Assembly: GCF_030435755.1 (NCBI RefSeq)
Contig: NC_080843.1
Span: forward strand, 68,862,485-68,926,484
Length of the DNA: 64,000 nt
Direction: 5' to 3'
Source: Ochotona princeps
Taxonomy: Eukaryota
Shown: piece after piece, positions 24,313-36,630 of the stretch
Numbering within the stretch: the stretch's first letter is position 1
Layout of the letters: each line of letters opens with the position of its first letter
Notes under the pieces: generated by a model
What the model saw: the letters and a program-made list of their open reading frames with translations, nothing else
What the model was told of the DNA's origin: nothing
Databases searched by the model: none
Program-made: the position numbers and the translations under genes

Positions 24313-24505
24313 TGATGGCAACAAAATCATCCAGTTCAGTAATGGCCAGAGAGAACTACACACTGCCCAGTTCAAGAGACGGGAGTATCCGGACGGCACC
24401 GTTAAAACCGTGTATACGAACGGGCGGCAGGAGACCAAGTACACATCCGGTCGAATCCGCGTTAAGGACAAGGATGGCAACATTCTCTTGGACACAGAAC
24501 TGTGA
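24313..24505 (+). CDS. CENPJ: CENPJ terminal coding exon including the stop codon
   Basis: Acceptor aaatttcacag|T. The junction codon tg+t gives Cys. Translates to [63 protein letters not shown], with the TGA stop at 24503-24505. It is followed by a 3'UTR containing a (GT)n tract and an AATAAA signal. Confidence 0.9.
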
Positions 24506-24584
24506 TGGCCTTTTGTGACAGATCATGAAGTAACGCTGATTTTATTTAAAAATGTACTGTGTGGATTAATTTATATAGAACATG

Positions 24585-24620
24585 CTTGTGTGTGTGGGGT
24601 GTGTGTGTGTGTGTGTGTAT
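24585..24620. repeat. (GT)n microsatellite in the CENPJ 3'UTR
   Basis: The sequence is gtgtgtgtggggtgtgtgtgtgtgtgtgtgtat. Confidence 0.85.
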
Positions 24621-24641
24621 AAATAGAAGACTGAATTCTAA

Positions 24642-24647
24642 AATAAA
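24642..24647 (+). terminator. CENPJ: CENPJ polyadenylation signal (AATAAA)
   Basis: AATAAA lies about 140 nt after the stop codon in a T/GT-rich context. It is the first canonical hexamer after the stop. Confidence 0.6.
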
Positions 24648-24746
24648 AGTTTAACTTCTTCATTTTCATGCTCTTTGAAATTTATAAGGGGAGTTTTCTG
24701 ATGCACCTTTCTGTGAGAGGAGGCATCATTACGATTTATAAAGGCT

Positions 24747-25071
24747 TTTTTTTTTTTAAAGATTTATTCATTTTATTACAAAGTCAGATATACACAGAGG
24801 AGGAGAGACAGAGAGGAAGATCTTCAATCTGATGATTCACTCCCCAAGTGAGCCGCAACGGGCCGATCCGATGCCGGGAACCTGGAACCTCTTCTAGGTC
24901 TCCCACGCGGGTGCAGGGTCCCAAAGCTTTGGGCCGTCCTTGACTGCTTTCCCAGGCCACAAGCAGGGAGCTGGATGGGAAGTGGAGCCGCCGGGATTAG
25001 AACCGGCGCCCATATGGGATCCCGGGGCTTTCAAGGCGAGGACTTTAGCCGCTAGGCCACGCCGCCGGGCC
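24747..25071 (-). mobile_element. C repeat SINE (minus), young CpG-rich copy just 3' of CENPJ
   Basis: It begins (T)n aaagatttattcattttattacaaagtcagatatacacagagg… and ends …ggcgaggactttagccgctaggccacgccgccgggccc. Many CpGs are retained. Confidence 0.9.
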
Positions 25072-25847
25072 CTGTAAAGGCTTTAGGTGGGTTATTCTAT
25101 GGGTTGGACATGGATGTAAAGGCCCACACGTAGCTCGCCTGCATGCCCACATGCCCACATGCCCAGCAGCCATAGGGCCTTGGCGTGTACACAGTCTGTC
25201 ATCCCTGCAGGCAAAATATCACCATGCTCGGTAAGTGTAGACAGCGGCTCACTCTAACAGGGTGGCAGGTTGCGACGAGCACCCCAGGGGGTCTGCAGTG
25301 TCACCCCAGGAGCAGGTGAACTTGGCTGGCTGTGGGACTTGTCAAAAATGGGATGCTTGATGTCATGAACTGTAACTGGCCAGTCAGGGCCACGACTGCC
25401 TCGTGGCTGTCCCTGCGAGGTGTTCTGGAAGGAATCTGAGTCACCTCTGTGCCTGCAGACCTCTTCCTGTCATGTGGAGCAGCAGGACACCAAGTGTTGA
25501 CGGTGAGTTAAAGACGACCACATAACCATTCCAGACGGAATAGTTACAGACGTGCTTTAAGTAAGAAAGGAAAGCACAGACTTACAAGGAAAAGGTTGAT
25601 GAGTCCAAGCTTGTCAGAAGATACTAAAAAAGGGTGAAAGACAAGCCACAGACTAGGAGAGCATTCGCACTGGAGTCTTACTGCCTCTACATTCAAGGAT
25701 TCCCGAGTCAGTAGGTAACTGCAAACAACTCAACAGAAACAAGGACCCAAACAATCAACAAGGAGTAGGCTGGCAAATGCATACTAATGGCAATGAGGTA
25801 CCTTTTTATACCAGCGTTATATCAAAAAATATATTTGGGGGCTGCTA

Positions 25848-26135
25848 CAGCGGCACAGCACATTAATCCCCTGCCTTGTGGTGTCAGTACCAGATATGGC
25901 TGCCAGTTCATGTCCTGGCTGCTCCCTGCTTGAGACCTGGGGATGCAGCAGAGGACGGCCCAAAGCCTTGGGACCCTGTGCCCATGTGAGAGGCCTGGAA
26001 GAAGCTCCTGGCTGCTGGCTTTGGATTGGCTACCTCTGTCTGTTGGTGGCCATTTGGGGAGTCAATCAGTGGTTGGAACACCACCTCTCTCTCCTCTCTG
26101 TAAACCTGCCTTTTAAATAAAAATCAATCTTGAAA
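25848..26135 (+). mobile_element. C repeat SINE (diverged)
   Basis: It reads ggggctgctacagcggcacagcacattaatcccctgccttgtgg…gggaccctgtgcccatgtgagaggcctggaagaagctcc…aataaaaatcaatc. Confidence 0.75.
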
Positions 26136-26784
26136 TAAAATACTTGAAAGAGTGACAGATCTTCCATCCACTGGGTTCTCCCCATGCACCCACAATCGCT
26201 GATCCTGGGCCAGACCAAAGCCTGAAGCCAAGAATTCCAAGCCTCCCCTGTGGGCGGCAGGAGCCCAAGCACTTGAGCCACCGTCTTCCCTCCCACAGTG
26301 TGCGTGAGCAGGAAGCTGGGGTAGGAGATAATGAAGGCAGAAGTGGGCGCCCAAGTCCTGACTTTACCTGTTGTGTGACAGTGCCCCCCTCCTTACTGTA
26401 TTCTGCCCAATAAAGGTCCTGCCACAGCAGCTCGTGACAGAGGGACCTGGACTGATGGAGAACTGGTCATTTTTTTTCTGAAAACAAAGACCCCTTCAGT
26501 CCTGGCTGCTCTACAGCTGTGCCTGGGAAGCAGCACCTGACAGAGGTCCCGGCTCTGGCCTGCCCAGCCCAGCTGGGGAGTGACCAGTAAATGGAAGATC
26601 CTACCCTTCTCCCTTTATCAATCTGCCTTTCCAATAAAATGCGAATAAAATCTCCTTTATGGATGGATTCCTCAAGGAGGGGCTTCGGGGCCTTCATCTA
26701 GGCTGGCAACATTTCATTTCTTAGCTCAGTTATCAAAGTTTTTATGTACCTAGAATATTTCACTTTGAGATTATAGTAAAACAG

Positions 26785-27360
26785 GACCATGTTTGAAAGC
26801 AAATATTTATTTTTTTTCCTGCTTTTCTCATACAACTTCTAACAGTTGAACAAAGAATGGGACAGGAGTGTGGAAGATAGCCAACTGCAGAACAAATCAA
26901 GAAAATAGTCCAAATGTAACAGAAATATCCTTCCGGGTGCTGGAGGTGCTCTGCACGTACACCTGCAAGACAAAATGTGCGGTCAGAGCCTGCCTGGGAG
27001 CGTGACACGGCAGGCTGGCGGCCTGGGTGCTGGCTGTGCGTCACGGGCCACACCTGTGTGGTGCTCTGGCAGTCATTACAGCACCCCAAACATTTCTGAG
27101 ATACCCCATTTGATACTTAATGCTCAACAGGTGCGCAAGGCCTTGGTGGCCAGCGTGGAGGAGAGACCGCTGAGCTCTGTGGTGAGCCCTCTGAGGAATC
27201 CGAGGGACCCAAGGGTGCTTTGACGGGCCGTTTCACAGCTCTTGGGAGGGTCGTACTTACATCAGTCATCTTTGTCTGCGAGCCCCATCTCTACTAACGA
27301 CATGTGAACTGGATACTGCTCATCGTCGTATAAAGTCACTACTTGTTCTGGTGTCTGAGC
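26785..27360 (-). CDS. RNF17: RNF17 putative terminal exon (CDS 27262-27360 plus about 475 nt of 3'UTR)
   Basis: On the minus strand there is a pyrimidine-rich acceptor ttttcttgacaactctgtcttaattttag|GCT at 27361. A phase-0 ORF reads [32 protein letters not shown]. The ...V.L....GLA ending is the canonical C-terminal motif of an extended Tudor domain. AATAAA on the minus strand sits at 26805-26810. It is phase-compatible with exon 30002-29813. Confidence 0.5.
26805..26810 (-). terminator. RNF17: RNF17 polyadenylation signal (AATAAA on the minus strand)
   Basis: The plus strand reads tttatt here. This is the first AATAAA downstream of the putative stop at 27262-27264. Confidence 0.45.
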
Positions 27361-27616
27361 CTAAAATTAAGACAGAGTTGTCAAGAAAATCCAGTCACTG
27401 CTGTCTTCCTCTCCTTCCTCTGTCTGGCCACTCCCACAGCGGGGAAGTCGCTTCCTGCGTTGATCTGTAATGTACACTACTTCCAGAACGTGTCTGCAGT
27501 TGTTTCCTTCTTCCCTGTCATAACTGAAATTCCACAGGGCTTCCATGTTGTCACCACATTCCACATAGAAGACATTATGCTTTTCACGCATAAACCAACC
27601 AAGCTTTTTCATTAAT

Positions 27617-27938
27617 ATGTATTTTTTATTGTAAAGTTAGATATACAGAGGAGAGGAGATCCATAGAGGAAGCTCTTCCATCCAATGGCTCACTCCCCAA
27701 GCATCCGCAATGGCCGGAGCTATGCCGATCCAAAGCCAGGAGCCTGGAGCTGCCTCCGGGTCTCCCACATGGGAGCAGGATCCTAAGGCTTTGGGCCGTC
27801 CTCCACTGCTTTCTCAGGCCATAAGCAGGGAGCTGGATGGGAAGCAGGGCTGCCGGGATTAGAACTGGTGCCCATATGGGATCCTGGTGCATTCAAGGCG
27901 AGGACTTTAGCTGCTAGTTTATTGCACTGGGCTCCCAA
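27617..27938 (-). mobile_element. C repeat SINE (minus)
   Basis: It reads …attgtaaagttagatatacagaggagagg…ctcttccatccaatggctcactccccaagc…ggcgaggactttagctgctag. Confidence 0.85.
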
Positions 27939-28099
27939 CCAAGTTTTATTATTCATAGAGGTGAAAAAGTAGCTATAAAGGAATCCTTGCTTGTCTTGTG
28001 CCTGTCTATATTTTCTTTGGTTTCTTGAGAATTCCTACATGAGCTAGTCTTACCACTACACACAGCAGAGTATATGGATTTCAAAAAAACATTTTTCAG

Positions 28100-28915
28100 A
28101 GGTCAGTGTTGGTTAGGCCTCCGCAGGTGACACTGCATCCCACAGGAGCATGAATCTGAGTCCTGGCTGCTCTGCTTTTAATCCAGTTCCCCACAGGTGT
28201 ACCAGGGAGAGCAGTGGAACAGAATCCAAGTACTCGGGCCTCTGCACCTACCTAGGAGACCCAGAGCCCGGATCACAAGTCCAGGCAGGCATGGCAAAGG
28301 AGGGAAGCAGGTAACAGGGTGACTGGAAGAGAACAGCCCGTTCTCCACCCCTCCAGCCAACTGCGCAGGGGATCCAGGAATCACTGATTTTATGATATTC
28401 AATAAGAAGTCTGTTAAATCAACAACCATTTTTTTAAAAAAATGTTTTTTCTGAAATTTTGAATTTTATGGTACAATTTTGTAGAGACTGGGACCTCTCC
28501 CCTCCCATCCCACCCTTCGACTGATTTTTCCCATGTTGCTACAACAGTATAGTCCTTCATAAGAAGGCGTGATTCCATCAGTCAGCAACAGTTCTTTTGT
28601 ATAACATTTCCAGTGTTAAAACATGACGCACAGGGGCTAGTGTCTGACACAGTGCTTAAGATACTGGATGTGCACCTCCTAACACCTGAATGCCTAGGTT
28701 CGAGTCCTGCTTTGTAATAGCAGTTCCTGGTAACGTGCACCCTGGGAAGTGGTGATAACAGTTTGAGTACTTGAGTCCTTGCTACCATGCGGGAGGAGAC
28801 CTGGACTGTCAGGCTTCTGACATCAGCTTGGCCCACACTCCGCTTTGTGGAATGAACCATCGGATGGATGATCTCTGACTTTACATTTTAGACAAATAAA
28901 AATAAAATATGAAAC
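28100..28915 (+). mobile_element. Two diverged SINE-like elements (28100-28340 and 28630-28915)
   Basis: They carry tRNA-derived SINE hallmarks (…tgagtcctggctgctctgctttt…; …ggttcgagtcctgctttgtaatagc…aatgaaccatcggatggatgatctc…aaataaaaataaaat). Confidence 0.45.
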
Positions 28916-29364
28916 CGAATTAAAAGCATGATGCGTGGACAGAAGATACAGTCCAGGCCAAGTCCACCGTGGGCTGCTGCTGTGTGACACACTGAACCTC
29001 AGGGGAAGAGAGCTGCATTAAACACCATCTGGATCTTCTCATCTGACCTTTTGATACAAGTTCAATTCCACTAATTAAAAGTTAGTACCAATGTGAGTTC
29101 ACATCAAGCTTTCCCCTCTTGTTGACGCCCCTGGCTGTCTCGCTCACTCGGGTGATCACCCTCGCCTGATCCTGTCATTGCTCCCTCCCAAGCTACCTGT
29201 TAATTACCCAGTCATGTGTGTGTGTTCTCTATTAGCTTATAAGGTGTTTGATGATAGGATGCTCACATCTTGATCCTTTCTCTTATTCATTACATCAGTG
29301 ATGTATTACTAAAGTTTGTCAAATACAAACTACACCATTTTATAAGTCTTGAAATTAATCCCGT

Positions 29365-29697
29365 TGGGGCCTGGCGGCGTGGCCTAGTGGTTAAAGTCCT
29401 CGCCTTGAACGCTCCGGCATCCTGGTTCTAGTCCCAGCAGCTCCACTTCCCATCCAGCTCCCTGCTTGTGGCCTGGGAAAGCAGTCGAGGACGGCCAAAG
29501 CTTTGGGACCCTGCACCCACATGGGAGACCTGCAAGAGGTTCCTGCTTCCTGGTTTCAGATTAGCGCAGCACTGGCCATTGCGGTCACTTGGGGGAGTGA
29601 ATCATCGGATGGAGGATCTTCCTCTCTGTCTCTCCTCCTCTGTGTATATCTGACTTTGTAATAAAAAATAAATAAATCTTTAAAAACAAAAAAAAAT
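29365..29697 (+). mobile_element. C repeat SINE, young copy with TSD
   Basis: Near-consensus ggggcctggcggcgtggcctagtggttaaagtcctcgccttgaacgc…aataaataaatcttt(A)n. It is flanked by aaattaatcc direct repeats at 29355-29364 and 29694-29703. Confidence 0.9.
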
Positions 29698-29812
29698 TAA
29701 TCCTATTGTATGCATGACATTATTGTATTTTTGCATTTAGAATGGCATAGAGACAAAACACTTTACAAAGTTAACAGGGGTAATGGCATTTTGGTAATTT
29801 CTACCTCCTTAC

Positions 29813-30002
29813 CATGGAGGAAGCGTACAGCTGTTTCCCTTGAAGGCAGTCTATCATCGCCCACAGGGCCTCCATGCTCCACTTGGGACAGTACGGTATT
29901 CTTGTCTTTCCTGAATCCTTCAGGGGAGGTTTGAACCCAGCCAAGAGAACCTTTATGGCTCGGGCTGGATACTGCATAAGATGGAGAGGAATTTGACGCA
30001 GT
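29813..30002 (-). CDS. RNF17: RNF17 exon, SN-like C-terminal part of the last extended Tudor domain
   Basis: Minus-strand acceptor tttcttttgtgacag|ACT and donor CATG|gtaagg. The phase-2 entry continues from exon 31106. Translates to [64 protein letters not shown], which fits the eTudor LP.QAI.C.LA..P...W...A pattern. Confidence 0.75.
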
Positions 30003-30099
30003 CTGTCACAAAAGAAATTTCAGCGTTCAGAATGTTTCAATTAAAATCCCCTTACTGCTTAAACACTCCTAAAACATTTCCAGAAAGCTTCATGTCGGA

Positions 30100-30960
30100 A
30101 TTCCATAGTGATTTTTTTGGTCTATGATATAGAAAACACAGGCAAAAAAAAATCAGACAAAGTGGACTTTACCCAAATTAAGAAAAACGTATTGAGAGAG
30201 CCAATCAACAGTGATTACCATGAAATGGGAGAAAATACATCTAAAACTAGGCATTTCCCGTAAAATAGATAAATGCGACAGAAATGAAAACAAAAACCAC
30301 AGTGAACTATCACCATGTACTCATTTGAATGGCTACTATTAAAACAATCCACGAAGCTCCCCAAAACATAAACATTAATGTTTTGTTGAGAGGCATGGAG
30401 AAATTGGAATCCTTGGCACTACTGGTGGAAATCAGAAAAGTAAAACGGTATAATGCTACAGAAGAATATGGTAGGTCCTCAAGAAACTAAGAACAAGTAG
30501 TATGTAATGTAACAATTCAATTTCTGGGCATTTACCTAAAATAACTGGGAGCAGAATGCACAGTCAAGTTCATAGGCACACCACTGACACTAGCCAAAGG
30601 CAGTCCAAGTGTCCACTCATGGATGAATGGACAAACCAAATGCAGTACATACACACAACAGACTGTTTTTCAGATTATTCCGCCTTAAGAAGGGAACATA
30701 CTAATAACAGGGAAGAACCTTGAAAACATCATGCTAAGTGAAATATACCAGTCACGAAAAACAAATGCTATGTAAGAGTCAAGTCCTGGGCAACAGAGAC
30801 TACATTACGGATTATTACTAGGGCTGGGAGAACGGAAGGGCACACCACTGTTGCCAGCAAACACGTTTGTTGCCATTTGGGTGCATATTTTAAAACCGCT
30901 AAAATGGTTTACCTGCATGTATGTGTATTTTAACACACCAGAAACTCCTAGATGTTAAAA
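30100..30960 (+). mobile_element. LINE-1 3'-end fragment (older L1 subfamily)
   Basis: L1 ORF2-end and 3'UTR-like sequence (…catgtactcatttgaatggctactattaaaac…ggaaattggaatccttggcactactggtggaaat…ccactcatggatgaatggacaaaccaaatgcagtacatacacacaac…ctaagtgaaataagccag-like). Confidence 0.7.
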
Positions 30961-31105
30961 ATTCCTAACACATAAACAGCATTTTTCTTTAAAAGGATGA
31001 ATCGAATCTCCCCAATTAAGAGCCACAAAAAGCCAACCAACAAACCGACAAAACATCTGAAAAACAAAACTATGACTCATAACTCAACTAAACCAAAAGT
31101 TTAAC

Positions 31106-31281
31106 CTGTTTACTGTCAGTTTTTCCGTTGATCCATAATCAACAAATTGTACCAGGATAGTTAAAGGATGAAATTCTTTAATGGAAACAATTTTTGCTCT
31201 GTACCACAAGCCATCATCATATTTTGCAAGGCAAGGCATTTCTGGAAAGACACAAAAACAATAGTCTTCACACTGCATTAT
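31106..31281 (-). CDS. RNF17: RNF17 exon encoding a complete Tudor core
   Basis: Minus-strand acceptor aatgtctttaag|ATA and donor AACAG|gttaaa. Translates to [58 protein letters not shown](R). This carries the canonical Tudor signature G.WYRA...V.FVDYG..E. Confidence 0.88.
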
Positions 31282-31837
31282 CTTAAAGACATTTTTAATT
31301 ACAGACAAAGACAAAGGAATCATTACAACAGTATGTCCACCATCCTGAATTAAACATCAGGAAATTGGCTTCTCCTATTTTGTTATATTTCCTACATTTT
31401 TTTTTACTAATTCCTATGAGTTAAAGCTCCTACTCTCACTGCCCATGGCTTAGATCTGATACAAACTTCATTTGGGGGCATCATTTTTTTTTTTTTTTTG
31501 CAAGGGACAATCAATACAGTCTGCTATCTCTCCCTTCAACGCTGTGCTCCTCTGCAACGACCACCAGAATTACATTTTGAAAGTTTAACCATACTGCTCT
31601 GTGGTTTAAAGTTCTTGAATGATATTTGAACCACCTGCAACATCAAGTACTGAGCACTGTAGTCCACAGGCTTCTTCATCAGCTCTCAACAATCTATCAC
31701 ACACCCTCCAATCAGTTACCGGAACAGAATTACTTAAAACCCTCATGCCTCTGCTTCAGCTGTCTGGCCCTCCATCCACAATGTTTTTCTGAGTTACTCC
31801 TATGATAAACCTATGTATTCTTTTAAAAAAGTTTATT

Positions 31838-32158
31838 TTTTAAATATTTATTTATTTTTATTGGAAAGGAAGATATGCAGAGAAGGGGAGAGACAGAGAA
31901 GAAGTTCTTCCATTCGATGATTCAGTCCCCAAGCGGCCACAATGGCTGGAGCTGAGCCAATTCGAAGCCAGGAGCCAGGAGCTTCCTCTGGGTCTCCCAC
32001 ACGGGTGCAGGGTCCCAAGGCTTTGGGCCATCCTCAACTGCTTTCCCAGGCCACAAGCAGGGAGCTGGATGGGAAGCAGGGCTGCTGGGATTAGAACAGG
32101 CACCCATATGGGATCGTTCAAAGCAAGGACTTTAGCCGCTACGCTATCATACAGGGTC
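31838..32158 (-). mobile_element. C repeat SINE (minus)
   Basis: It reads …tttatttttattggaaaggaagatatgcagagaagg…gttcttccattcgatgattcagtccccaagcggcc…aagcaaggactttagccgctacgc. Confidence 0.85.
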
Positions 32159-32169
32159 CATAAAAAGAG

Positions 32170-32580
32170 TATTTTTTTTTTTATTTGAAAGGCATATTTT
32201 TACTGAGATAAGAGAGACAAAGAGAGGTTTCCCATCTGCTAGTCCAATCCCCCAACAGCTGTAATAGCTGGAGCCGAGCTGCTCATGTTCCCCACATGTT
32301 GGCAGGGGCTCAAGGACTTGGGCCATCCTCTCTGCTCTCCCGGCCATACGCAGAGCTGGGTCCACAGTGGAGCAGCGGAGACTCAAGTGGGAGAAGCAGG
32401 GAGGTGGGTCCTCAGTGGAGCAGTGGGGACTCAAGTGGGAGCCCATGAGACTTTGGTGCCAACATCTACTCTTCTTTCCAAACTCAGTTCCAGTATGACC
32501 TTGCTGAAGCCCTGGGGACTAACTGGTCAGCAGCCCTACACTGAGCATCCCCTTAATAGGGGCGTTGATTTCCATGCTAT
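32170..32580 (-). mobile_element. C-repeat-related SINE variant (minus) with an internal ~40-bp duplication
   Basis: It reads …ggtttcccatctgctagtccaatcccccaacagc…. The block cagtggagcag(c/t)gg(a/g)gactcaagtgggag occurs twice. Confidence 0.6.
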
Positions 32581-33437
32581 ACTTGGCTTACTGTCTTTTC
32601 TGCTAATTTGTTCTTCAGTAAAGTAATGTACTTTGTATCCCTAATGTGGCACCTGGTAAAGCAATGCTTAAACAAAAGTGCTAATGAACACTGGTTGAGT
32701 AAATTTGTAAAATCAAGATAGTATTCACCTTCCCTTTTCATCATACCCGCCTGGATTCCAGAGCACACAGAATGAATATATATCCAAAGCAACACAGGCA
32801 GGAATTCTCCCTTCCAGACTACAAATCTGAGCACAGCAAGGGATGGTAATCAATCTACTCATTATTTACATATATATCCAGCCAGGTGCCCATCTAACTG
32901 CTCATGACTCCAATGGCCACACGCTCACAGTACTATTGAAAGAGGAATGGTGGGGAGCAGAGAGAAGAGCTGGAAGCAAGATCAGGGCAGACCTGAAGAC
33001 GACAGCTAAGTGGAGGTCTTGCCTGGGGGAGGCTATTTCCAGGCAGAAGGAACCACAAGTGTAACTTACCAGCCCACAGTAGGTCACAGTCAAGTAAAAT
33101 ATCACTGAATAAAGTCAGCTAAGACATTAAACGCATGTGTTCCTTATCCTGCTAAAACACCTTCTGATACATGCAAAGTGACAAGAATAAATGCATTCTT
33201 CTATCACTTATAAAAACGTAGACTTCACTCTGAGCATTCAAGGACCCCCCAATGCCACAAACTAGGTTGATTTTCCTCACAGGACAATCACACATATTTA
33301 ACAATGGTGTGAAAACTAGATTGGAAAGAAAGATTGGAGATCTGGCCTATCCTGAAAGACTTAGGAAACAGTGTCCCAAAGTGATCAGTGTCCCAAAGCC
33401 TCACTGTATTGAGCTAGCAATAAAATTCACATTCAGA

Positions 33438-33760
33438 AAGTCTTCTTGGGCTAGTATGATAGCTCAACAAGCTAATCCTCCGCCTACAAGGATGAGCATC
33501 CCATATGGACACCAGTTCATGTCCTGGCCTCTCTACTTCCGATGCAGCTCCCTGCTTATGGCCTGGGAAGGCAGCAGAGGATGGCCCAAGTCCTTAGCAC
33601 CCTGTACCCATGTGGGAGACCTGGCTTAGCACTGGCTTAGCTCCAACAACTGCAGCCATCTGGGGAGTGAACCAGCAGATGAAAGATCTTTCACTTTGTC
33701 TCTCCCCTCTTCTTAAAATCTGCCTTTCAAATAAAAATAATCTTTAAAAACAAAACAAAA
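33438..33760 (+). mobile_element. C repeat SINE
   Basis: It reads gggctagtatgatagctcaacaagctaatcctccgcctacaaggatgagcatcccatatgg…ggggagtgaaccagcagatg…aataaaaataatcttt. Confidence 0.85.
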
Positions 33761-35372
33761 CAAAAAGAAATTGATTTTTTTTCTTTACGTCTTCTTTACG
33801 CAATTTTTCAACACAGCCTGATCTTTGGAAGGTAAAAATGGACACAAAGGAATCACTTCTCTTGAGTTCACCTTCCTGATCTGGAAAGTGGGAGAGATGA
33901 GCCACGGGGAGCCCTGGGGATGGAGATCACGCACCAAACGAAGACGCCAGCAGCCCACCTGTCACACCCTCAGCAAACAAACAAAACACCTGCACGAGTC
34001 CCATAAAAAAAACAAGCCGACCTGTTCTAAAATCCGTCAGAGGAGGAAATGTGTCTACATTCTTGTTGGACCTCCGCAGCGCTTCTTCAAGGCTCTCAGG
34101 CTCTGAGTCCCAGCTGACTCCGCTGTCATCCGTGTCACTGTGATGGTTAAACTGATTACAGCTCTCTACAGAGTCAAGGCAAATGTAGACCTAAGTGGGA
34201 GGAAGAGAAGGAAGCAACTTTCAAACTTTGTCATTTCTAGCATTCACTGACATGGACAGAAGTACTCTGGGAGAGGGCCTCCCACCAAGGCGCCCGCCTC
34301 TGTCTGCCGCCCCCGCCTCTGTCTGCCCCGCTCCAGGGAGTCCCTCCTGGACAGGGAACAGTTGGGCGAAGGTGTGAGATACGCAGACCGGGCAGTAACA
34401 GATCTGGGGTTTCTGGGTGTGACGTCTATCAGGGACTGGATGCTCAGGAAGTCTAGCCATGAGCAGGGTCTGCAGGAGCCCTGGGCCAGGTGCAGAACTG
34501 TCACATTCGTGGCTCTTCCTGGAAGTGAACTCTGTATCCCTTGACCCCCCGCCCCCCCAAAGTCCTAACCACTGCCCCATGAGAGATCCTGTGCCAGAAT
34601 CTTAACTAGTTCCTGGGTTCCTGACCTTCGTATTGTTTTAAGTTGTAAAACTTGTGGTAGCTGTTATACAGTAATAAATAACACACAAGCTATTAAGAAA
34701 TTATAAAAAACATGCAGCAGCTACACGAAGTTCTTTCCTGCATGATGAAGGCATCCTTTAGAGAATGGTTTTCTGAGGAGAAAGCTGAAGAAGTTGTCAA
34801 TGTTACTCATCTCTTCTCCATTTCTTTCTTGTTAGCCAAGGAGACGTTAACTGCATTTTCTTTAGTACGTTTTTTTTTTTTTTCATTCAGTCAACAGTCA
34901 CTCACCGACTGAGCACTCTAGATCAGACACTATTCTAGGTTCTAGGGGTATGTCACTGAATACGAGAAAAAAATCCCCGTGTCCACGGAGCAACTCGGAG
35001 GAGAAGGCAGACAACCCTACACAGAACTGTGGCACAGCACAAGCTGCCAGGAAGTGAGCAGTGGTCTAGACACGCACAGAGCAGGGCCAAGGGCACCAGA
35101 ATTCACGAATGCACGGAGGGGACTGAGGTGTAGAAGATATCATACATAGGAAAGTTCCACCTTAAAAATCTACACATGTGATACAACACCGGGAACACAA
35201 CAGTGGCTAAGAAATGTTCTCCCTATCAAATGTCATAGCTTCTATATGTCTGAAGAGGATATCAGTACAGGGAGGGCACATTAGAGGTTATCAATTGTCA
35301 ATTATTTAAAGTCAGGGAGCTGGAGCTGTGTGTGAGACCCAGCCTGTGGGTGTATTCTGAGTTCCCGCATAC

Positions 35373-35467
35373 TTCATTTGGCGAGACCACATGTTTCACT
35401 TGAACAGCAAAGAGTTCTCCGGGGGGAGGCAGAGACGAAGACACGTAAGCTGGCACAATGGGGGTCT
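35373..35467 (-). CDS. RNF17: RNF17 exon, N-terminal SN-like strands of an extended Tudor domain
   Basis: Minus-strand acceptor ctgtctgaaacag|AG and donor GAA|gtatgc. Translates to (x)[31 protein letters not shown]. It parallels the other two eTudor N-parts (V.V.HV.SP). Confidence 0.68.
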
Positions 35468-35687
35468 CTGTTTCAGACAGAAGCAATTCCTAGAACAAGA
35501 CAAAAAAATTCAGATCTGAAAATGACAACTATAAAACAATACAGTATAGGAAATTACTATAGTGCCAATTTACTTTCAAGGAACAGAAATGAAGCTGTCA
35601 GATACTAAATACAATACGATTGTGAATAAACATGACAGAATGTGATGACCAAAATGTTTAGGCCTTTTTTGTACCTCAATCTTTTTT

Positions 35688-36006
35688 TAAAAAAAGATTT
35701 ATTTATTTTTATTGCAAAGTCAGATATACAGAGAGGAGGAGAGACAGAGAGGAAAATCTTCCGTCTGATGGTTCACTCCCCAAACAGCTGCAATGGCTGG
35801 AGCTGAGCCAGGAGCCAGGAGCCTCTTCCAGGTCTCCCACACAGGTACAGGGTCCCAAGGCTTTGGGCCGTCCTCGACTGCTTTCCCAGGCCACAAGCAG
35901 GGAGCTGGATGGGAACTGGGGCTTCCGGGATTAGAATCGGCGCCCATATGGGATCCTAGCATGTTCAAGGCGAGGACCCCAGCCACTAGGTTACCATGCT
36001 GGGCCC
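35688..36006 (-). mobile_element. C repeat SINE (minus)
   Basis: It begins (A)n gatttatttatttttattgcaaagtcagatatacagagagg… and ends …ggcgaggaccccagccactaggttaccatgctgggccc. Confidence 0.85.
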
Positions 36007-36630
36007 AGTTCCTCAATCTTAAGCACGGACATATTTCTACATAGATGCAGAAATTTCTGGAACAGCGGTTAGAAAATGGTCAACAATAACTGCCAGTAGT
36101 GAGTAGCACTTGGTGCCTGAGATGCAGAATGGAGGATATTTCCTTTACACATTGTTAAATTTTTAGAAATAGTTACTTTATACTAAAAACCAAAGCAATA
36201 AATGAAATGCTAAGAGATTTAGGTAAGTTTACAAATAATAAAATAGGCATCCATCCTCTGTTTTAAGCTCCATAAAAGTAGAAGGCAAACTACAGAGTTA
36301 TGTGATCCCAATAAGGACTATGGGAGTCAGCAGTCACTGAAAGTGAACATACGTACCAAGATGTGGGGTTCAGTTTTTCTACAAATACCAGCAGAATCTT
36401 CCCAAAGTTATTTTTTATTCTAAAGAATGCAATAATTAAGCAGTAAAAACACATTCAGATTTGTAGGCTAATTTATTGCTATCTGACATTTTCAAATTGA
36501 TGGCAACAAAAAATGCTTGAAACAGAAAGCTCAACAAAGACTGTGAGCCATTGTTGAATTTTACTGAGGTATTACAAGGTCAGCACTTTGTAACCAGAAT
36601 GCTATTTTTATCATCACAGAAATGAAATTG

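Noticed and set aside
27367-27612. An 81-aa minus-strand ORF (MKKLGWFMREKHNVFYVECGDN…SDWIFLTTLS) near the expected RNF17 3' end
   Set aside because: It has no tudor-like motif and is not in frame with the well-supported upstream exon. A strong acceptor at 27361 followed by a GLA-ending ORF explains the gene end better, so this is probably intronic.
32577-32834. A candidate RNF17 linker exon (AGMMKREGEYYLDFTNLLNQ…) with an AG acceptor and CAG|gtgcca donor
   Set aside because: Its exit phase (2) is incompatible with the phase-0 entry of the Tudor-core exon at 31281, and it lacks the expected FY.Q motif.
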